A stretch of 64,000 nucleotides of DNA from Chitinophaga pinensis. GTDB taxonomy: Bacteria > Bacteroidota > Bacteroidia > UBA7662. The notes beneath the pieces are model-generated. The model had not been told where the DNA came from, made no database searches, and was given only the letters and a program-made list of their open reading frames with translations. The stretch covers positions 37,937 to 101,936 of the forward strand of contig CAMCHJ010000002.1 in NCBI GenBank assembly GCA_945874665.1, in the 5' to 3' direction. Of this stretch, positions 10,132 to 20,658 are shown in pieces (the stretch's first letter is position 1; every line of letters starts with the position of its first letter). The position numbers and the translations under genes are program-made.

Positions 10132-10167
10132 AAAAAAGCCGCTTTCAATCAGAAAGCGGCTTTTTTG
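10132..10167 (-). terminator. Rho-independent terminator downstream of pruA.
   Basis: A GCCGCTTTC stem, 5-nt loop and GAAAGCGGC, followed by T6 on one side and an A-run on the other. Confidence 0.75.
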
Positions 10168-10178
10168 TAATCCAAAGC

Positions 10179-11801
10179 TTACCCTTGGAATGGATAACGA
10201 TAGCTCTTAGGCGGATTCAAATTCTCTTTCACCGTACGGGCCGATACCCAGCGGATGAGGTTGAGCATCGAGCCGGCCTTGTCGTTGGTGCCGGAGCCGC
10301 GAGCGCCGCCAAAAGGTTGCTGGCCTACCACCGCACCAGTTGGTTTGTCGTTGATGTAGAAGTTACCTGCCGCATGGCGCAAACGCTCGGTTGCCAAATC
10401 AATGGCGTAGCGGTCTTGTGCAATCACCGCACCTGTTAAGGCGTAAATGGAGGTGCGGTCGCAGGTATCGAGGATTTCTTCGTATTTGTCGTCTTCGTAC
10501 ACATACACCGTCAACACCGGTCCAAACAGCTCTTCACACATGGTGATGTACTGCGGGTCGTTGGCGCGGATAATGGTGGGCTCAATGAAGTAGCCCTTTG
10601 ACTTATCGTACTTACCACCGGCCACAATTTCTTGTCCGTCGGCCTTGGCGCGGTCAATAAAACTGGCGAGTTTGTCGAACGATTTCTCATCAATTACAGC
10701 GTTGATAAAGTTGGTGAAGTCTTCCACCCCACCCATCTTCATATCAGCTAAATCGGCTTTTACACGTTTGATAGTGGTTTCCCACAAGCTGGCGGGAATG
10801 TAAGCGCGCGAGGCAGCCGAACATTTCTGTCCTTGAAATTCGAAAGCACCACGCGAGATGGCGGTGGCTAAAATGTCTACATCGGCCGATTTGTGGGCCA
10901 CAATGAAGTCTTTGCCGCCGGTTTCACCCACAATGCGCGGATAGCTCTTATACTTATGGATGTTGTTGCCGATGGTCTTCCAAATGTCTTGGAAAACGCC
11001 GGTAGAACCCGTGAAGTGAATGCCTGCAAAATCGGGATGCGCAAAAATTACATCACCCGCAACAGGACCGCTCACATACACCAAGTTAATCACGCCATCG
11101 GGCAAACCCGCGTCTTGGAACAAGCGCATGAGCCAGTAGGCCGAGTAAATCTGAGTATTCGACGGCTTCCACACCACGGTATTGCCCATCATGGCAGGCG
11201 AAGTGGGCAGGTTGCCAGCAATCGACGTAAAGTTGAAAGGCGTGAGGGCAAACACAAAGCCTTCGAGGGGGCGGTATTCGAGTCGGTTCCAAGTCAGCGG
11301 CAAACTCTCGGGCTGGTTACCATACAAATCCACCATGTACTGCACATTGAATTTGAAGAAGTCGATGAGCTCGCAAGCGGCATCAATTTCGGCTTGGAAA
11401 GGATTTTTGCTCTGTCCCAACATGGTGGAGGCGTTGATGATGTCGCGGTACGGGCCCTGCAACAAATCGGCCATGCGCAAAAAGATGGCAGCACGTTGTT
11501 CCCAAGGCAGGGCTTCCCACTCAGCACGGGCTTTCAAAGAGGCTTCAATGGCGGCTTGCACGTGTGTAGCATCGCCTTTGTGGAAATGGGCAATCACATG
11601 CTGGTGGTCGTGCGGAGGCGCAATGGCTTGGGTTTTGCCAGTGCGTACTTCTTTGCCGCCAATAAACATGGGGATGTCGATGACCTGGTTGCGGAAGGCT
11701 TCAATTTGTTTTTGAAGCGAAACCGCCTCAGCCGATCCGGGCGCATAAGCGCGTACAACTTCGTTTTTTGCTACAGGAGGGGTAAAAATGCCAAATGCCA
11801 T
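10179..11801 (-). CDS. pruA: L-glutamate gamma-semialdehyde (1-pyrroline-5-carboxylate) dehydrogenase. Member of the aldehyde dehydrogenase superfamily.
   Basis: 540 aa ALDH fold with a catalytic Cys context (GQKCSAASR) and a Glu motif. The length and N-terminal extension are typical of single-domain P5CDH. Confidence 0.8.
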   Translation of the reverse strand: MAFGIFTPPVAKNEVVRAYAPGSAEAVSLQKQIEAFRNQVIDIPMFIGGKEVRTGKTQAIAPPHDHQHVIAHFHKGDATHVQAAIEASLKARAEWEALPWEQRAAIFLRMADLLQGPYRDIINASTMLGQSKNPFQAEIDAACELIDFFKFNVQYMVDLYGNQPESLPLTWNRLEYRPLEGFVFALTPFNFTSIAGNLPTSPAMMGNTVVWKPSNTQIYSAYWLMRLFQDAGLPDGVINLVYVSGPVAGDVIFAHPDFAGIHFTGSTGVFQDIWKTIGNNIHKYKSYPRIVGETGGKDFIVAHKSADVDILATAISRGAFEFQGQKCSAASRAYIPASLWETTIKRVKADLADMKMGGVEDFTNFINAVIDEKSFDKLASFIDRAKADGQEIVAGGKYDKSKGYFIEPTIIRANDPQYITMCEELFGPVLTVYVYEDDKYEEILDTCDRTSIYALTGAVIAQDRYAIDLATERLRHAAGNFYINDKPTGAVVGQQPFGGARGSGTNDKAGSMLNLIRWVSARTVKENLNPPKSYRYPFQG

Positions 11802-11971
11802 AAGCGAAAGATTTTAAATGAAAGCGCGAAAAAAAGCTCCGCACCATGGGTGCAAAGCTAAGCATTCGCGCCTGAAAAAGGGAATCGCAACTGCGAAAAG
11901 GGAGTAAACGCAACCAGGTTACCACCGAAGCCTGCATTTTTTGCTATTTTCACAGCCACAATCTCCTTTGC

Positions 11972-13543
11972 ATGCAAAAACGCGCCCTACAGCTGCACCG
12001 TTGGCTGCTTCAACACGAATCAAGGGCCTTCTTGGCTTGGGCCTTGCTGCACACCCTTCCAGTGCTCCTACCGGCTTTTTTTATGTCTTACGACGGGCCA
12101 GCGCACCTGTATAACAGTCGATTGCTAGTTGAGTGGTTCGGTCCCGACCGCAGCTGGCTCGAAGGCTTCATCTACCTCCAGCACGAACCGCTACCAAACT
12201 GGATCACCTACCCCTTCTTGGCCTTGTTTGGTGCGCTTGGCAATTATTTTTGTGCCGACAAACTACTGCAGTTGCTTTATGTGATGAGCATGATGTACGG
12301 CTTTCGCTACCTGGTACGGTCGTTCAGCGCTGAAACTAAGCTGCTGAGCTGGCTCGGGGGCGTATTGGTTTACCACCATGTAACGGGCATGTACAATTTC
12401 AGCATGAGTTTGCCATTGTTGATGCTCATCATGGGCTACTATGAACGAATCAATGGCCAGTTTAATGTACGGAACATTAGCTCACTACTGGTCCTTTCGA
12501 TACTTTTATACTTTTCGCATCTAACCGGGTACTTGGCAGCCGGCCTCCTCTGCGGCTTGCTCTGGATCAACCAGCAGTGGCGAGCACAAGACCAAAAACG
12601 ATTTGAATTACCCCCCGCTTTACGAAGCTTGGGTGCTACTTTTTTATTCTTCCTACCTAGCTTGGCGATGGCCGTATCGTTCTTCCTTAAACGCAGCGGA
12701 AGTGCAAGCAGCGGCTTCAGTACTCCCCTTTTGCTTGAAAAATTGGGGCGAATGGATGCCTTGATTTTGTTCAATACAGGCTTAGAATTCGGAATTCTGC
12801 GCTGGCTGTATGTTATTGCGGCCTTGGTACTGCTCGCCAGCTGGCCAAAAGTCCGCTATGAACGCTTGCCCCTACACCCACTGGCGTTGGGTATGTGGGC
12901 AATGTTGGCTTTGTATTTTTTTGTCCCTGATGCCTCCATGGGGGCGAGCTTTACTTCCGTGCGCCTGCAGCTCTTTTTTATCAGTCTGGCCCTGGCCTGG
13001 ATGGCATCGCAATCGCTGCCTTGGAAAACCGAACTTACGGCCTGGAGCATAACCCTCATCCTTTCGGTCGCCTTGCTGTGGCATTATGGCAAATCCTGGC
13101 ACGGCCTATCACGTGATGTGGCCCAATGGGAAGCCGCTGGCAAGCAGCTGCCCAATCGCAGCAGGGTGCTCACGCTGAATTATTCAACCCATTGGTACCA
13201 CGAGCACATCTCTAATTTCCTTGGACTCGACAAACCTCTAATCATGATGTACGAAAATTACGAGGCCACCAACGATTACTTCCCTTTCCGCTTTCAGCCC
13301 GAAACACTTGAGCATTACAGGCAGCTGCGACCACTTTTGGCATGGCCGCCCCAACCCGATGCACAGAGTCTGCAATTGGCTCCAAGTTTGGTGGATGTGG
13401 TGGTGCGCTGGAAATACGACTCCCAAAACGCCGAACAGCAGCATGCCGGCCTCGACAGCCTCTTGTCACAGCACTACCAACCCTATTACCGATCGGAGCA
13501 AGGGCACTTAGAACTGTTTAAACGCAAAAGCTATGAACATTGA
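11972..13543 (+). CDS. Large polytopic integral membrane protein of unknown function. Possibly a GT-C-like glycosyltransferase or related membrane enzyme.
   Basis: 523 aa with at least ten hydrophobic segments and a C-terminal soluble domain. No diagnostic motif was recognised. Confidence 0.5.
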   Translation: MQKRALQLHRWLLQHESRAFLAWALLHTLPVLLPAFFMSYDGPAHLYNSRLLVEWFGPDRSWLEGFIYLQHEPLPNWITYPFLALFGALGNYFCADKLLQLLYVMSMMYGFRYLVRSFSAETKLLSWLGGVLVYHHVTGMYNFSMSLPLLMLIMGYYERINGQFNVRNISSLLVLSILLYFSHLTGYLAAGLLCGLLWINQQWRAQDQKRFELPPALRSLGATFLFFLPSLAMAVSFFLKRSGSASSGFSTPLLLEKLGRMDALILFNTGLEFGILRWLYVIAALVLLASWPKVRYERLPLHPLALGMWAMLALYFFVPDASMGASFTSVRLQLFFISLALAWMASQSLPWKTELTAWSITLILSVALLWHYGKSWHGLSRDVAQWEAAGKQLPNRSRVLTLNYSTHWYHEHISNFLGLDKPLIMMYENYEATNDYFPFRFQPETLEHYRQLRPLLAWPPQPDAQSLQLAPSLVDVVVRWKYDSQNAEQQHAGLDSLLSQHYQPYYRSEQGHLELFKRKSYEH

Positions 13544-13901
13544 ATCGCTCCGTGACTTTTGCCTGAGTTTGCCTGCCTGCACAGAAGATTTTCCCTTCGA
13601 CGAAAATACCTTGGTGTTTCGGGTGGGGAATAAAATTTTCCTTTTAACCGATGTGGATGAGGGCCAATCTTTCAACGCCAAATGTAATCCTGAACGGGCC
13701 ATTGAGTTGCGTGAATTGCACCCGGATGCCATTTTGCCCGGCTACCACATGAACAAACAGCATTGGAATACGGTATTGCTTCATGCCGATTTGGATGAGC
13801 GCTTGCTTCGCGAAATGATTCGTCATTCGTATGAACTTATACGCAACAGTTTGACCAAGGCCCAACGATTGGCCTTAGATGAAGCTTACGGCCCACTTTA
13901 G
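13533..13901 (+). CDS. MmcQ/YjbR-family protein.
   Basis: 122 aa. Size and sequence character fit the MmcQ/YjbR (DUF419) family. It overlaps the upstream gene by 11 nt. Confidence 0.55.
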   Translation: MNIESLRDFCLSLPACTEDFPFDENTLVFRVGNKIFLLTDVDEGQSFNAKCNPERAIELRELHPDAILPGYHMNKQHWNTVLLHADLDERLLREMIRHSYELIRNSLTKAQRLALDEAYGPL

Positions 13902-13923
13902 ACAGCACTGCGGGTGCTGCGGC

Positions 13924-16761
13924 TTAAAAAATACTAAGCTGCTGCGGCCCATTGCCGCCCTTTTGCTCACGCTCTTTTTTTACGTCAAACTCAATGGTGG
14001 TGCCGAGTTCTATGGAAGGTGCAGGGTCAACAGCTTCGGTTGGTGGAACAGGCGCAGGCTGTGCAATCGTCTTTTTATCGGGTAATGCGGGTGCGCTGGC
14101 TGTTGGTTCGGCGGGACTATCCTCCTCCTCTTCCATTGCGATAGCCTCTGAATCTGATGCTTCGATTGCCTCCAATTCGGCAGTTGTATCAACATCCATG
14201 TCCAGTTCGCCACCCTCCGGCTCATCGTCGGGCGCAGGGCTCGGCTCAGGCTCAGGCGTATCATCGGCCGCTGAAATCAGCTTCACTTCCAATACGGGCT
14301 CAGCAGTGAGCTTGTTGCCGAGCGCCTTCCAGCCTTTGATGTCGATAAAGTCGGTGAGGTTTACTTGCTGACTTTCCTTCTTCTTTTTATTACCAGTGAT
14401 CACTTCCACTAGCAAATTATCGAGGTTGCTTACAAAGGCCATTTTAGCCCCTTTGTCTTCGGCAATAAAGATGAAGCGCTTGTTGATGGTGCTGGTTTCG
14501 ATGAGGAACCGTTTTACGTACCAAGCCAAATTGGCAGGCACATAATGCAGCACAGTGACTGGCTTTTTGGGGTTCCATTTCTCCACCAACAGCAATTGCT
14601 CGGGCTCGTAGCGGTTGATGAGCTCAAAATTGGTAAGCTCGTAGCTGCCATCTTTGAAAATGCATAAGATGGCATCTTCTCCGTCGAAACTACCGAGCAA
14701 ACGGCCGCGCTCGTCCACATTCAGGCGGCCCACCACTTCATCGTACCAAATGCGGCGACCGCCAATGGTGGAGCGCCCTTTTTCTTTGAATAAGATGCGT
14801 TTGAGGGTGTATTTGGTAACGGTATTGCCCTGTGCGGATCGGCCTTTGATGGCCAAATCGCCAAAATCGAAATCGAATATTTTTTTGCGGGCCGGGGCAT
14901 TCTGACTCAAATAAACAGTTACCACTTCCGACTCGGAATTGGGATTGGCGCTGAAATACAGCACTTTGCTGTTTTTTTCGCCCTTGGTAAGGTCGTATTC
15001 TTTGTCGCGGGTAACGCCGGTTACGTTAAATCGCTTGGCGTAGCTCACGGCCGACTTCCCATCTACATAAATGAGGTGGTAGGTCATGCGCTCGTCGTTT
15101 TTCTTAAAAACATCGACATGGAGGATGTCTTTGCCCACAAAAGCCTTGTCGCTGACCTTGCTCACGAGGCATTTGCCATCGCGGCGAAACACAATGATGT
15201 CGTCGAGGGGCGAGCAATCGCACACATACTCGTCTTTTTTGATGCCCGTGCCCACAAAGCCCTCCACGCGGTTTACGTAGAGCTTTTCGCTGGCCACGGC
15301 TACATTGGCTGCTTGGATATTGTCGAAAACGCGGATTTCGGTCTTGCGCTCGCGACCCTTGCCGTATTTTTTAAGGAGATTTTCGTAGTAGGCGATGGTG
15401 TAGTTCACCAAATGCTCCAAGTGGTGCTTGGTTTCGTCCATCTCGTCTTCCAGCGCCCGCAGCTGTTCGTCGGCCTTAAAGCTGTCGTACTTACTGATGC
15501 GCTTGATTTTGATTTCGGTGAGGCGGATGAGGTCGTCTTGCACCACCTCGCGCCGCAGCAATTTTTTGAAGGGATCGAGGCCGCGATCGATGGCTTCGAG
15601 CACCGCTTCCCAAGTTTCACACTCTTCGATGTCGTGGTAGATGCGGTTTTCGATGAATATTTTCTCGAGACTGCTGAAGTGCCATTTGTCGTACAACTCT
15701 CCCAACCTGATTTCGAGCTCCCACTTCAACAAATCCATGGTTTGCTGGGTGTTGTACTTGAGCATTTCGCGCACACCGAGAAATTTAGGCTTGTCGCCCA
15801 CAATCACACAAGCATTAGGCGAGATGCTGGTTTCGCAATCGGTAAAGGCGTACAGCGCATCGATGGTGATGTCGGGCGACACCCCTGGCGGCAACTGGAT
15901 TTCGATTTCTACATCGCGGGCCGTATTATCGATGACCTTTTTGATTTTGATTTTGTTGGCTTCGCTGGCCTTTACAATCGATTCGATGAGACCGGTGGTG
16001 GTGGTGCCAAAGGGAATCTCTTTGATCAACAAGGTCTTTTTATCGGCCTCTTCAATGCGTGCACGGCAACGGATTTTGCCCCCGCGCAAGCCTTCGTTGT
16101 AATTGCTTACGTCGATAAAACCACCGGTAAGGAAGTCTGGATACAGCTCAAACGACTGCTTCTTTAAGATTTTAATGCTGCTATCGATGAGCTCCACAAA
16201 GTTGTGGGGCAAAATTTTGGTGGATAAACCCACTGCAATGCCTTCTACCCCTTGCGCCAATACAATGGGGAACTTCATGGGCAGGGTTACTGGCTCCTTT
16301 TTACGACCGTCGTAACTGGTTTGCCAGCGGGTGGTTTGTGCGTTGAAGGCTACCTCGAGCGCAAATTTGCTCAAGCGCGCCTCGATGTAACGCGAAGCAG
16401 CCGCCGAATCGCCGGTGCGCACATCGCCCCAGTTACCCTGGGTTTCGATGAGGAGGTCTTTTTGACCCAAACCCACCATGGCATCGCCAATGGCTGCATC
16501 GCCGTGCGGGTGATACTGCATGGTTTGCCCAATGATGTTGGCCACTTTATTGAAGCGCCCATCATCAATCACCTTCATGGCATGCAGAATACGGCGCTGT
16601 ACCGGCTTCAAGCCATCTTCAATGGCTGGCACCGCCCGCTCCAAGATTACATAGGAGGCGTATTCTAAAAACCAGTTTTCGTATAAACCCGACACCGGTG
16701 TAATGTCGTGAATCTGCTCTTCCTCGTTTGCGCTGGGGTCAATGGGTGTTTCTTCGCTCAT
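13924..16761 (-). CDS. parC: DNA topoisomerase IV subunit A (type IIA topoisomerase A subunit). It has an acidic and Pro-rich C-terminal tail.
   Basis: Has the GyrA/ParC N-terminal breakage-reunion domain (GLKPVQRRILHAM, YHPHGD, catalytic Tyr region AASRYIEARL). I found no GyrA-box in the CTD. The last roughly 120 aa are D/E/P/A-rich. Confidence 0.8.
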   Translation of the reverse strand: MSEETPIDPSANEEEQIHDITPVSGLYENWFLEYASYVILERAVPAIEDGLKPVQRRILHAMKVIDDGRFNKVANIIGQTMQYHPHGDAAIGDAMVGLGQKDLLIETQGNWGDVRTGDSAAASRYIEARLSKFALEVAFNAQTTRWQTSYDGRKKEPVTLPMKFPIVLAQGVEGIAVGLSTKILPHNFVELIDSSIKILKKQSFELYPDFLTGGFIDVSNYNEGLRGGKIRCRARIEEADKKTLLIKEIPFGTTTTGLIESIVKASEANKIKIKKVIDNTARDVEIEIQLPPGVSPDITIDALYAFTDCETSISPNACVIVGDKPKFLGVREMLKYNTQQTMDLLKWELEIRLGELYDKWHFSSLEKIFIENRIYHDIEECETWEAVLEAIDRGLDPFKKLLRREVVQDDLIRLTEIKIKRISKYDSFKADEQLRALEDEMDETKHHLEHLVNYTIAYYENLLKKYGKGRERKTEIRVFDNIQAANVAVASEKLYVNRVEGFVGTGIKKDEYVCDCSPLDDIIVFRRDGKCLVSKVSDKAFVGKDILHVDVFKKNDERMTYHLIYVDGKSAVSYAKRFNVTGVTRDKEYDLTKGEKNSKVLYFSANPNSESEVVTVYLSQNAPARKKIFDFDFGDLAIKGRSAQGNTVTKYTLKRILFKEKGRSTIGGRRIWYDEVVGRLNVDERGRLLGSFDGEDAILCIFKDGSYELTNFELINRYEPEQLLLVEKWNPKKPVTVLHYVPANLAWYVKRFLIETSTINKRFIFIAEDKGAKMAFVSNLDNLLVEVITGNKKKKESQQVNLTDFIDIKGWKALGNKLTAEPVLEVKLISAADDTPEPEPSPAPDDEPEGGELDMDVDTTAELEAIEASDSEAIAMEEEEDSPAEPTASAPALPDKKTIAQPAPVPPTEAVDPAPSIELGTTIEFDVKKEREQKGGNGPQQLSIF

Positions 16762-16952
16762 CTTTCAATCAATCCGTCCAAAAGTAAGAAAAAGCATAAG
16801 CACTTTTTCCACCAAATGTGCACGTGCCTCGGGCATAAAATAAAATGACCGGTAGCCACCCCCTCGGCGGCCCCGGTCTAAGGCATTTGCCTTAAATCAG
16901 CCCATGGGCCAATCGACCGCAAACATAGCCGCTGTCGATTGGCGGACAGACC

Positions 16953-17537
16953 TCAGAGATTCAATTGATACTGATCAATCATCTTGCGCAAATTACCCAA
17001 AGCGTAGCGCATGCGGCCCAATGAAGTGTTGATGCTCACCTGAGTAACGTCCGATATTTCTTTAAAGCTCAACCCGCCGTAAATGCGCATCACCAATACC
17101 TCACGCTGCTCCTCGGGCAGGTGCTGGATGAGCTGCCGCAGTTTAGCATGCGACTGCTTTTTCATGATGCTGTCTTCGATGGTACCCTCTTTTAAATCGA
17201 GGTTCGCAAAAGGATCGAAATCCTCATCGCCACTAATGGTTGGCATTTTGGCCTGCTTGCGGAAATGGTCGATGCTTAAATTGTGTGCAATGCGCAGCAC
17301 CCAAGGCAAAAACTTGCCTTCTTCGTTGTAACGACCGGCTCGGAGGGTGTCGATTACCTTCATGAAGGCATCTTGAAAAATGTCTTCGGCCACATCACGA
17401 TCCTTCACCAAAAGGTAAATGGAGGTGTACACCCGGGATTTATGACGTTGGATAAGGAGACCTAAGGCGTTCTCTTTACCAGCTAAATAGCGCTTGATCA
17501 GCTCCTGATCACTAACGCTCACAACTTGCGTTTTCAT
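16953..17537 (-). CDS. RNA polymerase ECF-type sigma-70 factor (sigma-24 family).
   Basis: The sigma region 2 and region 4 arrangement is typical of ECF sigma factors. No adjacent anti-sigma gene is present. Confidence 0.85.
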   Translation of the reverse strand: MKTQVVSVSDQELIKRYLAGKENALGLLIQRHKSRVYTSIYLLVKDRDVAEDIFQDAFMKVIDTLRAGRYNEEGKFLPWVLRIAHNLSIDHFRKQAKMPTISGDEDFDPFANLDLKEGTIEDSIMKKQSHAKLRQLIQHLPEEQREVLVMRIYGGLSFKEISDVTQVSINTSLGRMRYALGNLRKMIDQYQLNL

Positions 17538-17748
17538 AGTTGATGAGTAAAATAAGTTAGTGTAAAGCTGTGGCTATAGCGGTCCTCCTTGTTTAGATTT
17601 AAGGTGCAATATAAAGAGTTGAAACAGCAGTGCAAGCATTTTAAAAGAAAATTTGTTCGAATGGCAAAAAATTGACGCATTTAGTCATCCATTTTGAACG
17701 CAACTTTTATCCCACCGAAATGTTTAAGACCTTTGCACCTTAAATACA

Positions 17749-20574
17749 ATGGCATTGACTTCAACACCTGTCGACCAGCTCGATCCCCGACATTACATCA
17801 TCATTAAAAATGCGCGCTTGCACAACCTCAAGGGCGTAGACCTGGCCATCCCCCGCAACCAGCTGGTGGTGGTTACGGGTTTGTCAGGTTCGGGGAAGTC
17901 CTCACTGGTGTTCGACACCCTCTTTGCCGAGGGCCAAAGGCGCTATGTAGAAAGTCTTTCGAGCTACGCCCGCCAATTTATGGTGCGGATGAAGAAGCCG
18001 GAGGTCGATTACATCAAAGGCATTTCGCCCGCCATGGCCATCGAACAAAAGGTAAGCAGCCGCAATCCGCGTTCTACGGTGGGCAGTTCTACCGAGATTT
18101 ACGACTATTTGAAGCTGCTTTTTGCACGGGTGGGTCGAACCATCTCGCCCGAAACTGGCTTGGAAGTGCGTAAACACAACGTAAGCGATGTAGTGAACTA
18201 CATCCATGGCCTCGAAAAAGACAGCAGGGTGCAAATTTTATGTCCTTTGGTGCGGCACGAAAAAAGGAGTCTCGCCCAAGAGCTGCAAGTGCTGCTCCAA
18301 AAAGGCTATATCCGCTTGCTCAGCGGCGAGGATACCTACCGGGTGGAGGAGTTATTGGAAGACAAGGCGCTGCACACCAGCCTCGAAACCGCCCCCTTCT
18401 TCATTGTGCTCGACCGCCTCAGCAGCGATGCCAGCGATGAAGCGCTTACATTTAGGATGGCCGACTCTATCCAGACCGCTTTTTACGAGGGCCATGGCGA
18501 TTGTTACATCCAAACGGATGCAGGGCAGGAGCATTTTAGCGATCGCTTTGAAGCCGACGGACTTGCTTTTGAAGAGCCGAGTGTGAATTTATTCAGCTTT
18601 AGCAATCCATATGGCGCCTGCAAAACCTGCGAGGGTTTAGGCAGCGTGATTGGTATTGACAACGATTTGGTGGTGCCCGACAAAAGCATGAGCATTTACG
18701 AGGGAGCGATTGCCCCTTGGCGCGGCGAAAAAATGAGCGAGTGGAACCAGGTGCTCGTGAAAAATGGCATCCGTTTCGATTTTCCGATTCACCGACCCTA
18801 CAGCGACCTGAGTAAGGCCGAGCAAAAGCTGCTGTGGACCGGCAATAAATACTTTGAAGGGCTCAATGCCTTCTTTAAATACCTCGAGGAGCAATCCTAC
18901 AAAATTCAATACCGCGTGATGCTGAGTCGCTACCGCGGCCGCACGGTTTGTCCCGACTGCCACGGCACCCGCCTGCGCAAAGATGCCGGCTATGTGAAGC
19001 TCATCGACCCCAAAACCGGCACCCAGCACAGCATCATCGACTTGGTTTTGCAGCCGGTTGACAAGCTGCTGGTGCTTTTTCAAGGCTTGGAGCTGAGCGA
19101 AACCGACAGCTTGGTAGCTAAGCGCCTCCTCACCGAAATCACCAATCGCCTCGGCTTTTTGAGCGATGTGGGCCTCGGCTACCTCACCCTCAACCGCCTG
19201 AGCAACAGTCTTTCTGGTGGCGAATCGCAGCGCATCAAACTCGCCACCTCGCTCGGCAGCAATTTGGTAGGCAGCATGTACATCCTCGACGAGCCGAGCA
19301 TTGGCTTGCACCCACGCGACAGCGAGCGGCTAATAAAGGTGCTCGAGCGCCTGCGCGATAACGGCAATACCGTGATTGTGGTGGAACACGAAGAAGCCGT
19401 GATGAAAGCCGCCAACCAGCTCGTCGACATTGGTCCGATGGCCGGTGCCCACGGCGGCGAGCTCATTTACCAAGGCGATTATGCGGGTTTGCTAACCAGC
19501 GCGGCGAGTATCACCGGCGGCTACCTCAGCGGTCGCGAGCAAATCGAAACCCCAACCCGGAGGCGTAATTGGCGCAAGAGCATCACCATCAAAGGCGCCC
19601 GTGAAAACAACCTCAAAAACATCGATGTAGAGCTCCCTTTAGGCTGCTTCACCGCCATTACCGGCGTGAGTGGCTCAGGCAAAACCTCCCTCATCAAAAA
19701 GATTTTGTACCCAGCACTCAAAAAGCAAACCAGCGGTTTTAGCGAAAAATCAGGCAATTTCGACCGTTTAGAAGGCGATTTCACGAGCCTCAAAAACATA
19801 GAATTGGTCGACCAAAACCCCATTGGCAAGTCGAGCCGCTCCAATCCCGTTACCTACACCAAAGCATACGACCACATCCGCAACCTCTTTTCGGAGCAAC
19901 AAGCCAGCAAAATCAACGGCTTTAAACCAGCCCATTTTTCTTTCAACGTAGAAGGCGGGCGCTGCGAGAATTGTCAGGGCGAAGGCACCGTTACCATCAG
20001 CATGCAGTTTTTGGCCGATATCACCCTCGAATGCGATGTGTGCAAGGGCCACCGCTTTAAGGACGAGCTGCTGGAAGTGCGCTACAACGACCTCAATATT
20101 TTTGAAGTGCTGGAGCTAACGGTGAGCGAGGCCATCGTGTTTTTTGAGGGACAAAAAGCCGTTCAGAGTCGCTTGCAGCCGCTCGAAGACGTGGGATTGG
20201 GCTATGTAAAGCTCGGTCAGGCTTCCTCCACCCTCTCCGGCGGCGAGGCCCAGCGCATCAAACTCGCCAGCTACCTCACCAAGGGCAACCAGGCCACCGA
20301 CACCTTATTTGTATTCGACGAACCTACTACGGGTTTGCACTTCCATGACATCAAAAAGCTGCTTTACGCCCTCAATGCGCTCATTGAACAAGGCAATACC
20401 GTGATGGTGATTGAGCACAACCAAGAAATCATCAAAAGTGCCGACTGGGTGGTAGACCTCGGTGCCGAAGGCGGTGATGCCGGCGGTTACCTCGTTTTTG
20501 CCGGCACACCTGAGGATTTGGCGCAATGCGAAGGCAGTTATACGGGGCAATATTTGAAGGAGAAACTGGGGTAA
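17749..20574 (+). CDS. uvrA: Excinuclease ABC subunit A.
   Basis: 941 aa with two ABC ATPase modules (GLSGSGKSSL, GVSGSGKTSL; LSGGESQRIKLA, LSGGEAQRIKLA) and Zn-finger Cys clusters (CKTCEGLG, CPDCHGTR, CENCQGEG…CDVCKG). Confidence 0.97.
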   Translation: MALTSTPVDQLDPRHYIIIKNARLHNLKGVDLAIPRNQLVVVTGLSGSGKSSLVFDTLFAEGQRRYVESLSSYARQFMVRMKKPEVDYIKGISPAMAIEQKVSSRNPRSTVGSSTEIYDYLKLLFARVGRTISPETGLEVRKHNVSDVVNYIHGLEKDSRVQILCPLVRHEKRSLAQELQVLLQKGYIRLLSGEDTYRVEELLEDKALHTSLETAPFFIVLDRLSSDASDEALTFRMADSIQTAFYEGHGDCYIQTDAGQEHFSDRFEADGLAFEEPSVNLFSFSNPYGACKTCEGLGSVIGIDNDLVVPDKSMSIYEGAIAPWRGEKMSEWNQVLVKNGIRFDFPIHRPYSDLSKAEQKLLWTGNKYFEGLNAFFKYLEEQSYKIQYRVMLSRYRGRTVCPDCHGTRLRKDAGYVKLIDPKTGTQHSIIDLVLQPVDKLLVLFQGLELSETDSLVAKRLLTEITNRLGFLSDVGLGYLTLNRLSNSLSGGESQRIKLATSLGSNLVGSMYILDEPSIGLHPRDSERLIKVLERLRDNGNTVIVVEHEEAVMKAANQLVDIGPMAGAHGGELIYQGDYAGLLTSAASITGGYLSGREQIETPTRRRNWRKSITIKGARENNLKNIDVELPLGCFTAITGVSGSGKTSLIKKILYPALKKQTSGFSEKSGNFDRLEGDFTSLKNIELVDQNPIGKSSRSNPVTYTKAYDHIRNLFSEQQASKINGFKPAHFSFNVEGGRCENCQGEGTVTISMQFLADITLECDVCKGHRFKDELLEVRYNDLNIFEVLELTVSEAIVFFEGQKAVQSRLQPLEDVGLGYVKLGQASSTLSGGEAQRIKLASYLTKGNQATDTLFVFDEPTTGLHFHDIKKLLYALNALIEQGNTVMVIEHNQEIIKSADWVVDLGAEGGDAGGYLVFAGTPEDLAQCEGSYTGQYLKEKLG

Positions 20575-20658
20575 GTCACGACCAAAAGCCTAAACTCAGC
20601 TACTAAAGCCCCATCCCCTTGCCAGCATTTATGGTTGTGGAAAACCTTTAACTAAAAA

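Noticed and set aside
10893-11861. 322-aa ORF on the + strand.
   Set aside because: Antisense to the pruA ALDH gene. His/Arg/Gly-rich with no domain. Shadow ORF.
15076-16167. 363-aa ORF on the + strand, plus several 60-150 aa ORFs between 13952 and 16668.
   Set aside because: All lie inside or antisense to parC, which has clear type IIA topoisomerase motifs. They are spurious.
18637-19311. 224-aa ORF on the - strand, plus smaller ORFs between 17902 and 20550.
   Set aside because: Antisense to or out of frame within uvrA. Spurious.
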